Of a DNA stretch of 64,000 nucleotides, positions 17,381 to 25,838 are shown piece by piece (the first letter of the stretch is position 1; each line of letters begins with the position of its first letter). Position numbers and translations under genes: made by a program. The stretch is taken from the IMG/VR virus record IMGVR_UViG_3300017971_000001, positions 181,277 to 245,276 of that record; one strand, written 5' to 3'. The notes under the pieces were generated by a model that saw only the letters and a list, made by a program, of their open reading frames with translations, was not told where the DNA came from and did not search any database.

Positions 17381-17868
17381 ATGTCCCACTCAATCTCGAT
17401 CTGATTGATCGGCCACGAGGCGTAGCAAGTTCGGCAGGTTAGGTGGTCTGTGAGCGAAGTCGATTCGCCAATGATTCGATCGGAGCCCACGCTGACGTAT
17501 TCGCCGTCGTCGTCAGTGACCGTGTCCGTTGCAAACGAAGTTGCTTCGTAGGCGTCCAGTGTGAACGTGTGAAGCTGGTGCGAGTGCCCCCGCGGGCACG
17601 TGAGCGGACTGTGGTGATCTGGGAACCAGCCCCCAAGATTCTCCCCCTCAAAGAGCATGGTCGAGACTGCCAGAAGCGCCGTTTCTGCGATTTGTCCCAG
17701 GAGTTCGGCGGGCATTGCAGCTTGGAGCAGTCGGACGTTGTTGTGATCCGCAATGAATTCCGGCGTGATCATTCCAGCGCGAGCGAGCTCTTGGTACAGG
17801 AGGAGCCCGGCCTCGGGGTCGCCCTCGGCCACCCGTCGCTCCAGTTCTCGTAAGCGTCGATCGCTCAT
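17377..17868 (-). CDS. Module protein with C-terminal zinc ribbon (paralog B)
   Basis: Same N-terminus; CPRGH..CRTCYASWP; 5' 60 nt nearly identical to paralog A. Confidence 0.8.
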   Translation of the reverse strand: MSDRRLRELERRVAEGDPEAGLLLYQELARAGMITPEFIADHNNVRLLQAAMPAELLGQIAETALLAVSTMLFEGENLGGWFPDHHSPLTCPRGHSHQLHTFTLDAYEATSFATDTVTDDDGEYVSVGSDRIIGESTSLTDHLTCRTCYASWPINQIEIEWDI

Positions 17869-18746
17869 AGAAGGCTCTCGTCCGGCTCAATGATCGGGAT
17901 TCTCTGCCTCAGTTGCTCGCGATACCATTCGGGCAGACCGCGGAATGGGTTCATGGAGAAGGGCTTGACGTCGATCGCTTCGTAGTCGATCGCGGGGTTG
18001 TCTTTGCCGGGATCACCGAGGTCGGTCACGACCAGTTTCTTGTGGGCTGGCACGCGGTACTTCCGCTTGAGGTTGTGGCAGCGCTGCCCGACGTTCTCGA
18101 AGTGGACGTCGCCCAGCATGATCCGCTGGCGCTGATAGGCGTAGCGCAGCAGGTCGCCCACGTATTGGCCCGGGGTCTTGTTGAGCTTCTTGGTGAGCTT
18201 GTAGAACTCCTTCTCTGCTTCCTTGCGGCAGCGCGCGAGCTCCCCCGGCGTGCCTGAGGATCCAGAGAGCTCGGCGTCGATCGCTTCGTAGAGGCAGGCG
18301 CAGCATTCAGGGATCGCCTCAAGGGCGTCGTAGACCCGCTTGTATCCGCGCTTCGGCTTTCCACGCCGATCGCGGAAGTCCATGCTCACCGCTTCCCGCA
18401 GAATGAAGTAGATCGAGGAGTAGCCCTGGTCGTCGTCGTAGAAGTCCTCGGCCGACTGGCGGACCATGCGGAAGTACGCCATGCCGGGGTGGAGGCGCAG
18501 ACTGGGCTTGCTGATCACCAGCGCGACGTGCGGCCCCTCCGTGTTGTCGATCGTTGCCTTGAGCACGAATTTGGGGTCCTTGGTCGGCCAGACCGTCCCC
18601 CAGTATCCGTATCCCAGCGGCTCGTCGATATCCCCCAGGAAGTTCTTCGACGTTCGACCTAGGGACTTTGCGCACAACTTCTCAAGCTTGGGCCAGTACG
18701 GCTCAACCCACTTGATCATTCGTTCGCTGCGGCGCTTGTGGCTCAT
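17865..18746 (-). CDS. Protein kinase-like (ePK/APH fold) protein
   Basis: GYGYWGTV Gly loop, VLKAT lysine, GDVHFENV catalytic loop, VVTDLG. Confidence 0.8.
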   Translation of the reverse strand: MSHKRRSERMIKWVEPYWPKLEKLCAKSLGRTSKNFLGDIDEPLGYGYWGTVWPTKDPKFVLKATIDNTEGPHVALVISKPSLRLHPGMAYFRMVRQSAEDFYDDDQGYSSIYFILREAVSMDFRDRRGKPKRGYKRVYDALEAIPECCACLYEAIDAELSGSSGTPGELARCRKEAEKEFYKLTKKLNKTPGQYVGDLLRYAYQRQRIMLGDVHFENVGQRCHNLKRKYRVPAHKKLVVTDLGDPGKDNPAIDYEAIDVKPFSMNPFRGLPEWYREQLRQRIPIIEPDESLL

Positions 18747-18755
18747 GGGACCTCG

Positions 18756-19955
18756 CTACAACCAGTCTGGCAGAAAGCGAGGGCGCTGCCACCCGCCTGG
18801 GTTGTTGCGCAGCTTGGCCTGCTTGAGCAGGTTCCTTAGCGCTGTATCGCTGACGCCAATTTCCCTGGACGCGCTTGCGATCGAGGGGTGCCGGGACATG
18901 AGCTCCTTGAGTTCGCGTTTGGTGAATCGGTCTGCGAGCGCCTTCTTCTCGGGGATCTCTACACCCAGGCGCTGAGCCAGCGGTCGAATCGTGTCCTTTC
19001 GGACCTTGAGGATTCGGGCTGCGCCGACGATTCCGCCGCCCTCTTCAAGGGCCTCTCTCAGCTGATCGGCAAAGATCGGGTCTTCCCGCCGCTCAAGGAA
19101 CACCGCTCCTTCGTAAGTCCTCGAGACCTCCTCGGCCTTGTCCACGGCGGACGCTGGGATCGTTTTGATCTCGCGGCCTCCGACCCCAAGCCACGACTTC
19201 ATGGTCCCGTGTGACACGTCGAGCAACTTCGCCATTTGGCGAACGCTGAGGTCGAGGTATTCGCGTGTCGCTCGAAGAACAGGACGGGCCTCCTTAACGG
19301 GGACCCTCTCTTTCATTCGGACCTTTCCGATTCCCTTCTTTCCGGCCGATCGCGCTTCGGCGTTTTTTGCGCGCAGCCAATCTTCGATCTCTTCTATGTC
19401 CAGCCAGATCCGAATTTCGTTTTTCTTGGCGCTGTCGTCTCGGGTGTGAGGCGCTCCCCTTTGAACCCAGGAGAGCACGGTTCCCTTATTGGCGCCGGTC
19501 GCCTTGGCGACGTCGGCGATTGTGTCTTGACGGTCACTGCCCTTGAGCTTGTAGATTGGCCTCAAGTCGCGATACGCCTGACGCAGCCGCTCAGCCTCTT
19601 CAATTGCCGCGACGACCGCGGCCGAGACTTCCTCTAGGTTCACGCCGTAGAGGCCCCGAGGGTCTCGCATACCGAGCTCGTAAGCGAGATCTGGGTCGCC
19701 GGGGCGGAGGAACGACCGCACGCCCTTCTTGTAACGCTCGAACGCCCGTTCCTGCGAGGTCCTCGTTCCTTTAGACTTCCGCCTCTCCCCAGAAGACTCA
19801 GGCCTGTAAGCGTCGATCCAATCGTTCTTGGTGATATAGACCAAGCCATGACGGCGCCGATTGGCTGCCGCGTTGCGCGCGAGCTCCTCGAGCGTAATCA
19901 GATCGTTCATTCGCCGTCGAGCGGCTTGAACCTGCCAGGCCTGTTCGCGACTCAC
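18756..19955 (-). CDS. Multi-HTH DNA-binding protein
   Basis: TIADVAKATGANKGTVLSW, LSVRQMAKLLDVSHGTMKSW, IVGAARILKVRKDTI, SIASASREIGVSDTALRNL. Confidence 0.75.
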   Translation of the reverse strand: MSREQAWQVQAARRRMNDLITLEELARNAAANRRRHGLVYITKNDWIDAYRPESSGERRKSKGTRTSQERAFERYKKGVRSFLRPGDPDLAYELGMRDPRGLYGVNLEEVSAAVVAAIEEAERLRQAYRDLRPIYKLKGSDRQDTIADVAKATGANKGTVLSWVQRGAPHTRDDSAKKNEIRIWLDIEEIEDWLRAKNAEARSAGKKGIGKVRMKERVPVKEARPVLRATREYLDLSVRQMAKLLDVSHGTMKSWLGVGGREIKTIPASAVDKAEEVSRTYEGAVFLERREDPIFADQLREALEEGGGIVGAARILKVRKDTIRPLAQRLGVEIPEKKALADRFTKRELKELMSRHPSIASASREIGVSDTALRNLLKQAKLRNNPGGWQRPRFLPDWL

Positions 19956-19956
19956 G

Positions 19957-20523
19957 CTACTTGCTCTTCGGCTTCCACTTGCCGCTCAGCACGTCAAGGA
20001 TCCACTGCTTGGCCTTGTAGTAGCTGACCATTCGCTCTCCGCCGATCGTCTTGTAGTGGCGGCTCAGCGCGTAGGCCTCGGCTTCAGTGTCGCGCGGCGT
20101 CCAGCGACCTGCTTTCTGCAGCGTTGTGATCTCCAGGTAGCCTGCCGCTTGCTCTTCTGCCCACATGAAGTCGGCGTCGGTCAGGTAGCGAGCCGTCCAG
20201 ACCCGCAGCGCAATCTCTCCAGGCAGTCCCTTGTAACGGAACTGGCGGCGCGCGTGCTCGCGCTCGTGACGCATGAGCGCCTCGCGATCGACGCTTCCGT
20301 AAGGATAGCGCTTGTTGAAGGCGGCAATGTCTTCGACGTAGAGCTTGCTGCCGTAGGTCGTGACGGTTCCTGCGCTGGTGAAGGGAGTCGGCGGGCGTTC
20401 GACCACTTGCGTGATCGGCCGCCATTCTTCCTCCAGGTCCATGCGGTGGCACCCGGAAAGAGCGAGCAGGAGAGCCAAGGCCGCAAGCGGCTTGGTGGAG
20501 ATCGGGGATCGCTCGCGGTTCAT
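19957..20523 (-). CDS. Lipoprotein with HExxH metallopeptidase-like motif
   Basis: LALLLALSGC lipobox; LMRHEREHARRQ. Confidence 0.7.
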   Translation of the reverse strand: MNRERSPISTKPLAALALLLALSGCHRMDLEEEWRPITQVVERPPTPFTSAGTVTTYGSKLYVEDIAAFNKRYPYGSVDREALMRHEREHARRQFRYKGLPGEIALRVWTARYLTDADFMWAEEQAAGYLEITTLQKAGRWTPRDTEAEAYALSRHYKTIGGERMVSYYKAKQWILDVLSGKWKPKSK

Positions 20524-20544
20524 TTGGCTCTCCTGCTCATGTTT

Positions 20545-20826
20545 CTACAGCCCGAATGAGCTCTTCATTTTCTCGAGCTTGTCGACCAGCGCCTTCGCGA
20601 CGCGTTTGGCTTCGTAGTCGTCGTTGTCGGTCGTGGGCTGAATGTTGACCATGTTGAGACCGAGCTTGACGATCTTCCCGTCGATCTTGCTGAGCTTGTC
20701 CTTGTAGGGCTCGAGCTTCTTGACCGCAGGCTTGAGCAGCGGGTCGTCGGTCTGCAGGTCGTTCTTGAGGACTTCGAGAATGAGGGCCTCGGCCTTCGCC
20801 TTGATCAAGGTCTTGCGGTCGCTCAC
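20545..20826 (-). CDS. Hypothetical protein
   Basis: 93 aa Lys-rich helical ORF in the operon. Confidence 0.65.
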   Translation of the reverse strand: MSDRKTLIKAKAEALILEVLKNDLQTDDPLLKPAVKKLEPYKDKLSKIDGKIVKLGLNMVNIQPTTDNDDYEAKRVAKALVDKLEKMKSSFGL

Positions 20827-20835
20827 GCGTCGCTC

Positions 20836-21402
20836 CTAAAAGAGGTTGAGCAGCTTTCCGCCTACGAAGATAGCACCCCCGACCAAACCGACCTTCTTCG
20901 CTGTATCGAGCAGCGCCTTGTTCCTCTCGGACCGCTCCTTGGCCTCGCGCGCCTCGCGCTGCGCCTTGAGTTTTGCGAGCTCGGCTCGCTCCTTCGCGTC
21001 CTTTTGGGCCCGAACCCTTCGGATCACGGCGCGCAGCTGGGCGGCCTGGACCTGCTCCTGGAAGCGCCGCTCTTCGAATTCCTCGCGCTCTTGCTCCAGC
21101 TGAGCCTCGAGCGCGCGGACGTTGGCGAAGGGGTCTTCGCTGTCGGTGCTGCTGTCGTCGCTCGTAGCGATCCCTGCCTCCTCAGCCGCGGCCTGGCAGA
21201 TCGTCTTCCCGAGCGGGGCGACGTCGTAGACCACCCAGCCGATACCGGGGCAGCAGGTCTTCTTCTCTCCCGCCGCGAGCTCTGGCTCAGGTCCGCAAAC
21301 GTCTACGGATCCAAGGCTTCCCATGCCTAGGAGGCCAGCACGTCGCGCGCGCTGGCGCTTGAGGAGGGCGGACGTATTGAGCGTGAAGGGCATGTAGCTC
21401 AT
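20836..21402 (-). CDS. Tail-anchored coiled-coil protein with LLGMG motif (virion-protein-like)
   Basis: RRAGLLGMGSLG near the N-terminus; coiled coil; C-terminal VGLVGGAIFVGG. Confidence 0.72.
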   Translation of the reverse strand: MSYMPFTLNTSALLKRQRARRAGLLGMGSLGSVDVCGPEPELAAGEKKTCCPGIGWVVYDVAPLGKTICQAAAEEAGIATSDDSSTDSEDPFANVRALEAQLEQEREEFEERRFQEQVQAAQLRAVIRRVRAQKDAKERAELAKLKAQREAREAKERSERNKALLDTAKKVGLVGGAIFVGGKLLNLF

Positions 21403-21448
21403 TAGGGCTCCCTTTCTTTGATCCTACCGAGAGAGCCCGGCCCTGCAG

Positions 21449-21706
21449 CTATTCGTCCTCGTCCCAGTCAGACCCGTTCCAGGGCAGGCAGCCGTCTTCG
21501 ATCAGGCTGACAACGATCATGCAGAACAGCATGGGTAGAAACGCGACGACGGTGTAGAAGGCCAGCAGGGCGTTGATCCAGAACCCGCCCTCCTGGCCTC
21601 TCCAGTAGATCTCACGATAGACGTCGTGCATGGCGGACCCGGCCAGCCAGCAAACGAACCAGGCCGCTTCAACGAATCCGGTAAGGAGTGTTCGCAGCAG
21701 GTCCAC
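21449..21706 (-). CDS. Small two-helix membrane protein
   Basis: Two hydrophobic stretches and an acidic tail; overlaps the end of the upstream ORF. Confidence 0.5.
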   Translation of the reverse strand: MDLLRTLLTGFVEAAWFVCWLAGSAMHDVYREIYWRGQEGGFWINALLAFYTVVAFLPMLFCMIVVSLIEDGCLPWNGSDWDEDE

Positions 21707-23219
21707 CGGGCCTCCAGGGTGACGTCGGGTCGAACAGGATCCAATCGACAGCGGGTTTGGTCAGCGTGTAGAGGAAGTCTTCGTAGAACGGATCGTAGGG
21801 CCTGCGCCGGCTCGGGCCGATCATGAGCGCGTGGTCGAGCGCAAGCGGCAGTCGATCCGCAGGCCAGCCGTACGACCAGCCGAGGCAGTTCCCCTCATAT
21901 TCGTTCGAGATTCCGGCGCCGATCGCGTAGAGGAGCTCGCGCATGGCTTCAAAAGCCGCGCCGCGGACAGGGTTGATATGAAGGGAGTGGAGCTCTCGGA
22001 GTTGCTGCTGCCAGCGACTTCTGCGCTGTTCTGCAAGTCCTGGCACATGCCTGTTGAAGTTTGTCCACCCCCAGAACACCTCGGAGCGCCTGGGCCATTC
22101 TTCGTCAACAACGGGAATGAGCTCGAGCAACTCCTCGACGCGATCGCAGATTTTCCCTGAGAGCTTGTAGTAATCAGGGTCGTCGTGGGGCGTGGCGAGA
22201 AGCTCTGCGTATTCTTCTCCGATCGTAGAGAGCTCGACTGGCAGGTAGCGGCGGATCGCGCGCGCCAGGCCGACGATCAGGTTGCGAGTGATTCGCCCGG
22301 ACCCATGCATGCCGCCGAGGTCTTTGTTGTTGGTGAGGGTGCTCAGGAAGCTTCTCAGCGACTTGCCGCCCATGTTCAGACGCCAAGCACCGTAGGTCTG
22401 CGGTGTCTCTTCGGCGGCAGCAGGAAAGAGCAGCGCGTGCGCAGCTGCGTATCCCATGGGCGAGATCTCGCCAGCGCGCAGGAGGTTGAGTAGGTGTGCC
22501 TGCTCTTCTTCGATCGTCTCGAACGAGCGCTCGAGCTTTCGCGCTGGTTCGTCGGGGTTCGATCGCACGCGCGGTCCTGCGGTGCCGAGAATGTAGCGAG
22601 CGAGAAGCTGCCGCTGCGCCGCGCGGACGCGCTCCCTCAGGCCATGGTCGATTGTCTGGGCAGTGTCAATGTGGTAGGCCGCGCCCTGCTGGGATCTCAT
22701 GGTGCGGAGCACAGCGGCGGGACTACCTTCTCGCTCGACCGCCTCCACGGCTTCGATAATGGTGTAGATCGCGAGTCGCCCTCGCAGGTCGTAACCCGGA
22801 AGCTGGGTCCATGAGCCCTGGAGTTCCTCAGCAGACGCCAGCAGTGCTTTTCTGAGGCATTCCAGCGACCCGTTCTCCGCGTATTCGCGCATGATCTTGA
22901 TCGCCTTGAAGATCTTGTTCGCGAACGCCCCGACGTGATCCTCGAACATTTCCAGAGTGGACTCGGCGATATCGGCGACGTAGGAGGCTCTTTGCTGGGG
23001 CGCTAGCAGGTCCCCGACCGCACGCTGAATGTCGTAATCCCTAAAGAGGGCCGTCGCGAACGTGTTCGGTTCTTCGATCTCGGCCGCGGCGGGGTGGCCC
23101 AGCAAGGCTGCGACGCGCAAGCGGCGCTCGCTCAGGTCCCCGGCGCGCAAGCGAAGCAAGAGCGCCTCGGCCGAGTCGGGATCGAGTTCGCGCAGTCGCT
23201 CTCGAAGCCGCCGGTCCAC
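21669..23219 (-). CDS. Two-module protein with internal RSNP junction; Imm5-like helical domain
   Basis: LLLRLRAGDLSERRLRVAALLGHPAA and, after VRSNP, LLNLLRAGEISPMGYAAAHALL. Confidence 0.75.
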   Translation of the reverse strand: MDRRLRERLRELDPDSAEALLLRLRAGDLSERRLRVAALLGHPAAAEIEEPNTFATALFRDYDIQRAVGDLLAPQQRASYVADIAESTLEMFEDHVGAFANKIFKAIKIMREYAENGSLECLRKALLASAEELQGSWTQLPGYDLRGRLAIYTIIEAVEAVEREGSPAAVLRTMRSQQGAAYHIDTAQTIDHGLRERVRAAQRQLLARYILGTAGPRVRSNPDEPARKLERSFETIEEEQAHLLNLLRAGEISPMGYAAAHALLFPAAAEETPQTYGAWRLNMGGKSLRSFLSTLTNNKDLGGMHGSGRITRNLIVGLARAIRRYLPVELSTIGEEYAELLATPHDDPDYYKLSGKICDRVEELLELIPVVDEEWPRRSEVFWGWTNFNRHVPGLAEQRRSRWQQQLRELHSLHINPVRGAAFEAMRELLYAIGAGISNEYEGNCLGWSYGWPADRLPLALDHALMIGPSRRRPYDPFYEDFLYTLTKPAVDWILFDPTSPWRPGGPAANTPYRIR

Positions 23220-23221
23220 AG

Positions 23222-23998
23222 CTAGACCTCAGGTTCGATCGTAGGCCAGACCTCGGACAACAAGCAGCGCGCGAGGTGACCGTCCGCCCAGGCGAGTTCT
23301 TCGTTGTAGGTGCCCCAGGCAGCCCGACGCGTTTCTTCGTTGACGTTGTTCTGATTGGCGCCGTGGCCCGGCCCTCCGTATTCAAGGTTCTCTTCGTCGA
23401 AGAAGCGCTGCCGGTAACAGCCCGCCATTTTCAGCGGCACGGCCTTGAGGTGTTCGTGAGGCTGGCGCCGGCAGCCGATCGAAACGTAGTAAGCGAGCTC
23501 GATCGCTTGGCTGTAGGCTGAGAGGTAAATCCGCGTCACCCTTCGATACTCTGCGCTCTCGCGGAGCTCCTCTCCCGCGACGTCGGGCGGAGTCAGGGTG
23601 GAGCCGTTGACCCATGCCCTTGCAGCTTCGATTGCTCTGTAGGCGAGCTCGGGCAGCCCTGCGATATGAAGGGAATCGCTTTCGACAGCGAACTCGTTGA
23701 TCGAGCGCGTCGCACAATCGGCTGCGAAGAGGACGGCTTCCCGCTGACCGATCGCGGCCTTGTTGAGGATCTCGACGGCGAACGATCCGTCTGAGAACAC
23801 AGGCTCCGGGGTCATGTCGGGCGGGGGAGGGAGAACCTGCTGGGCAATCGGGTCACCGAGATAGCTCGCTAGGGAGACGTTTTCAGGTGCCAGCTGACCA
23901 GCGCGAATGCGCGCGATCAGATTGGCGACTGGGTCGCCCCCGCGGCGAGATCGCCGAATGCCTTCGTCCGCGTTTCTTCGGTAGAGCTTCCGGCGCAC
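23222..23998 (-). CDS. Module protein with Imm5-like helical domain
   Basis: RRNADEG..IARIRAGQLAPENVSLASYLGDP; VLFAADCA..AIEAARAWVNG. Confidence 0.72.
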   Translation of the reverse strand: MRRKLYRRNADEGIRRSRRGGDPVANLIARIRAGQLAPENVSLASYLGDPIAQQVLPPPPDMTPEPVFSDGSFAVEILNKAAIGQREAVLFAADCATRSINEFAVESDSLHIAGLPELAYRAIEAARAWVNGSTLTPPDVAGEELRESAEYRRVTRIYLSAYSQAIELAYYVSIGCRRQPHEHLKAVPLKMAGCYRQRFFDEENLEYGGPGHGANQNNVNEETRRAAWGTYNEELAWADGHLARCLLSEVWPTIEPEV

Positions 23999-24006
23999 GG
24001 CGGCTC

Positions 24007-24477
24007 CTAGATCATGGCAATCAGGAGCGGCAGTAGGGCCTTGGCAGCCTTGACGCCGATTTCCTTGAGGGTCTTCTTGAAGTCCTCGACCGCCTGGTCC
24101 AGTTGGCGCTTCTGTTCGTTTCCGCGCTCAGCGGTCGCGATCAGCTTGGCGGTGACCTCGTCCCAGGAGGACTCCTTGATCGAGATCAGCGCAGCCTGCT
24201 TGGCGGAGTCGTCATATCGACCCAGGGCCAGCAGCGAGAAAACTGAGCGCAGGCCGTGCGCGCCCAGGACGACAAAGGTTTCCCGGTTGGCCTCGAGGCT
24301 GTCGAGCGCGAACACAGCCTGTTCGCGCACTTCCTTGAGTTCGCCGTCTCCCGAGGGGACTAGATCGCGAGCCTCCTCGATTGCCTTGTCGAACCCAGAT
24401 TCCACCCATTCCCGCTGGCGCTCAGCGTCCGAGGCGGACTCCAGTCCCTTTTTGATCAGGCTGTCGAGGAGGCTCAT
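24007..24477 (-). CDS. Helical hypothetical protein with hydrophobic C-terminus
   Basis: Likely start MSLLDSL after a GGAG RBS; ends ALLPLLIAMI. Confidence 0.7.
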   Translation of the reverse strand: MSLLDSLIKKGLESASDAERQREWVESGFDKAIEEARDLVPSGDGELKEVREQAVFALDSLEANRETFVVLGAHGLRSVFSLLALGRYDDSAKQAALISIKESSWDEVTAKLIATAERGNEQKRQLDQAVEDFKKTLKEIGVKAAKALLPLLIAMI

Positions 24478-24487
24478 GCGATCTCTC

Positions 24488-24991
24488 CTAGAAGCCGGGC
24501 GGGTGGGCAATGTCGTGCAGCTTGTAGGGAGGCAGCACGAGGCTACCGCCCTTGGTCTTGCCGCCGAGGAGCTTGGCGGCGACGGCGGGGTTGCTCCGCG
24601 TCTTCCGCTTCTTGCTCGTCTTCTTCTTGGCCTTCTTGCGCGTCGTCTTCTTGCGGGCGGTCTTCTTCTTGGTCGTGCGCTTCTTGGTCGTGCGCTTCTT
24701 CTTGGCCTTCTTGCGCGTCGTCTTCTTCTTGGTCTTCTTCTTGGTCGTCCGCTTCTTGCGCGTCGTCTTCTTCTTGGTCTTCTTCTTGGTTGTGCGCTTC
24801 TTCTTGGCCTTCTTGCGCGTCGTCTTCTTGCGCGTCGTCTTCTTGCGCGTCGTCTTCTTGCGCGTCGTCTTCTTGCGGGCAGTCTTCTTGCGGGCAGTCT
24901 TCTTGGTGGTGCGCTTCTTGGTCGTGCGCTTCTTGGTGGTGCGCTTCTTGGTGGTGCGCTTCTTGGTCGTGCGCTTCTTACGGGCGGCCAT
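24488..24991 (-). CDS. Histone H1/Hc2-like Lys-rich DNA-binding protein
   Basis: About 25 pentapeptide KK(R/K)TT, RKKTT and KKTAR repeats, then RSNP and a short C-terminal segment. Confidence 0.85.
   Translation of the reverse strand: MAARKKRTTKKRTTKKRTTKKRTTKKRTTKKTARKKTARKKTTRKKTTRKKTTRKKTTRKKAKKKRTTKKKTKKKTTRKKRTTKKKTKKKTTRKKAKKKRTTKKRTTKKKTARKKTTRKKAKKKTSKKRKTRSNPAVAAKLLGGKTKGGSLVLPPYKLHDIAHPPGF
24595..24985. repeat. Degenerate 15-nt tandem repeats encoding the Lys-rich tract
   Basis: Units such as cttcttggtcgtgcg and cttcttgcgcgtcgt. Confidence 0.85.
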
Positions 24992-24993
24992 GG

Positions 24994-25368
24994 CTACTTG
25001 TCCTCCAGGAGTTCGTCGTTTTCGTCGCCAGGAAGCTCGATCGGCTTCAGGTTGAGTTGCTTGGGGTCAGGGCCTTCGTCCAGCTGGAACTGGATCGAGT
25101 GCCAGGAGAATCGGTTGGCGTGCAGCGCGTTGAGCAGCTTCTGGGTCAGCGTCTTGACCCTGGGGGGCGTCGCGGCGAGGTCGGCGCTGGTGATTCCAGC
25201 AACGCCGCCGGCGCTTTCTCCGGCGACGACCTTCGAAGCGAGTTCGTGGTAACGCTCGCTTGCGGCGACGCCAACCGCGGTCGTGTCGATCACGGCCTCG
25301 GTCGCTACAGACCAGCACCCGCTGGTGAATGCCGTCAGCGCGATCAGCAACATGGTTCGTTGGAGCAT
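24994..25368 (-). CDS. Small lipoprotein
   Basis: MLQRTMLLIALTAFTSGC lipobox signal; upstream ORF extension is probably spurious. Confidence 0.7.
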   Translation of the reverse strand: MLQRTMLLIALTAFTSGCWSVATEAVIDTTAVGVAASERYHELASKVVAGESAGGVAGITSADLAATPPRVKTLTQKLLNALHANRFSWHSIQFQLDEGPDPKQLNLKPIELPGDENDELLEDK

Positions 25369-25418
25369 GGTCTCTTCCCTTAGTTCAAAACTACCAGGCT
25401 TCTTGAGCCCTGCAGATT

Positions 25419-25838
25419 TTAGCGCCGGTCGCTGTTCCACAAACGGCACCAGCCCTTTTTGTCGATCGTTCCGCCGACCTGGGAGCAGACGACGTCGCCC
25501 TCCGAAAGGTTCTGGTAGCTGCTCGAGCAGTTGCTGCACTGCTGGGTCCCGACGGGCTTCGGCTGGTACGCTGCGTCCTCTTTGCTCATTTTCAGCGGGG
25601 CAGTCCCGGTGCCGAGCATGCTGTAGAGCAGGGGAACTTGGGATCGATCGGCTAGGGGGAGTCGGCGAAAGATTCCTGTGTAGGCCTTGACCATGGACGG
25701 CCCAAGTTGCGAGAGGTGGACCCCTTCGTGGAGGAGCTCAGCGGCAAGTTGCTCGAATTCGAGGGCGGCGAATTCGTCTGCCTTGACCCCGGCTCTGGGG
25801 TAGGTGTAGCGCTCTCCGCTCTCTTCGCTTTCGCTCAA
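25419..25838 (-). CDS. Protein with C-terminal HiPIP-like 4Fe-4S domain
   Basis: KMSKEDAAYQ..CSNC..CSQVGGTI..GWCRLW matches short HiPIP Cys spacing. Confidence 0.7.
   Translation of the reverse strand: MSESEESGERYTYPRAGVKADEFAALEFEQLAAELLHEGVHLSQLGPSMVKAYTGIFRRLPLADRSQVPLLYSMLGTGTAPLKMSKEDAAYQPKPVGTQQCSNCSSSYQNLSEGDVVCSQVGGTIDKKGWCRLWNSDRR

Noticed and set aside
24014-25252. 412 aa + strand ORF with LLARR repeats, and related 24552 and 24790 ORFs
   Set aside because: Reverse-frame readouts of the Lys-rich repeat gene
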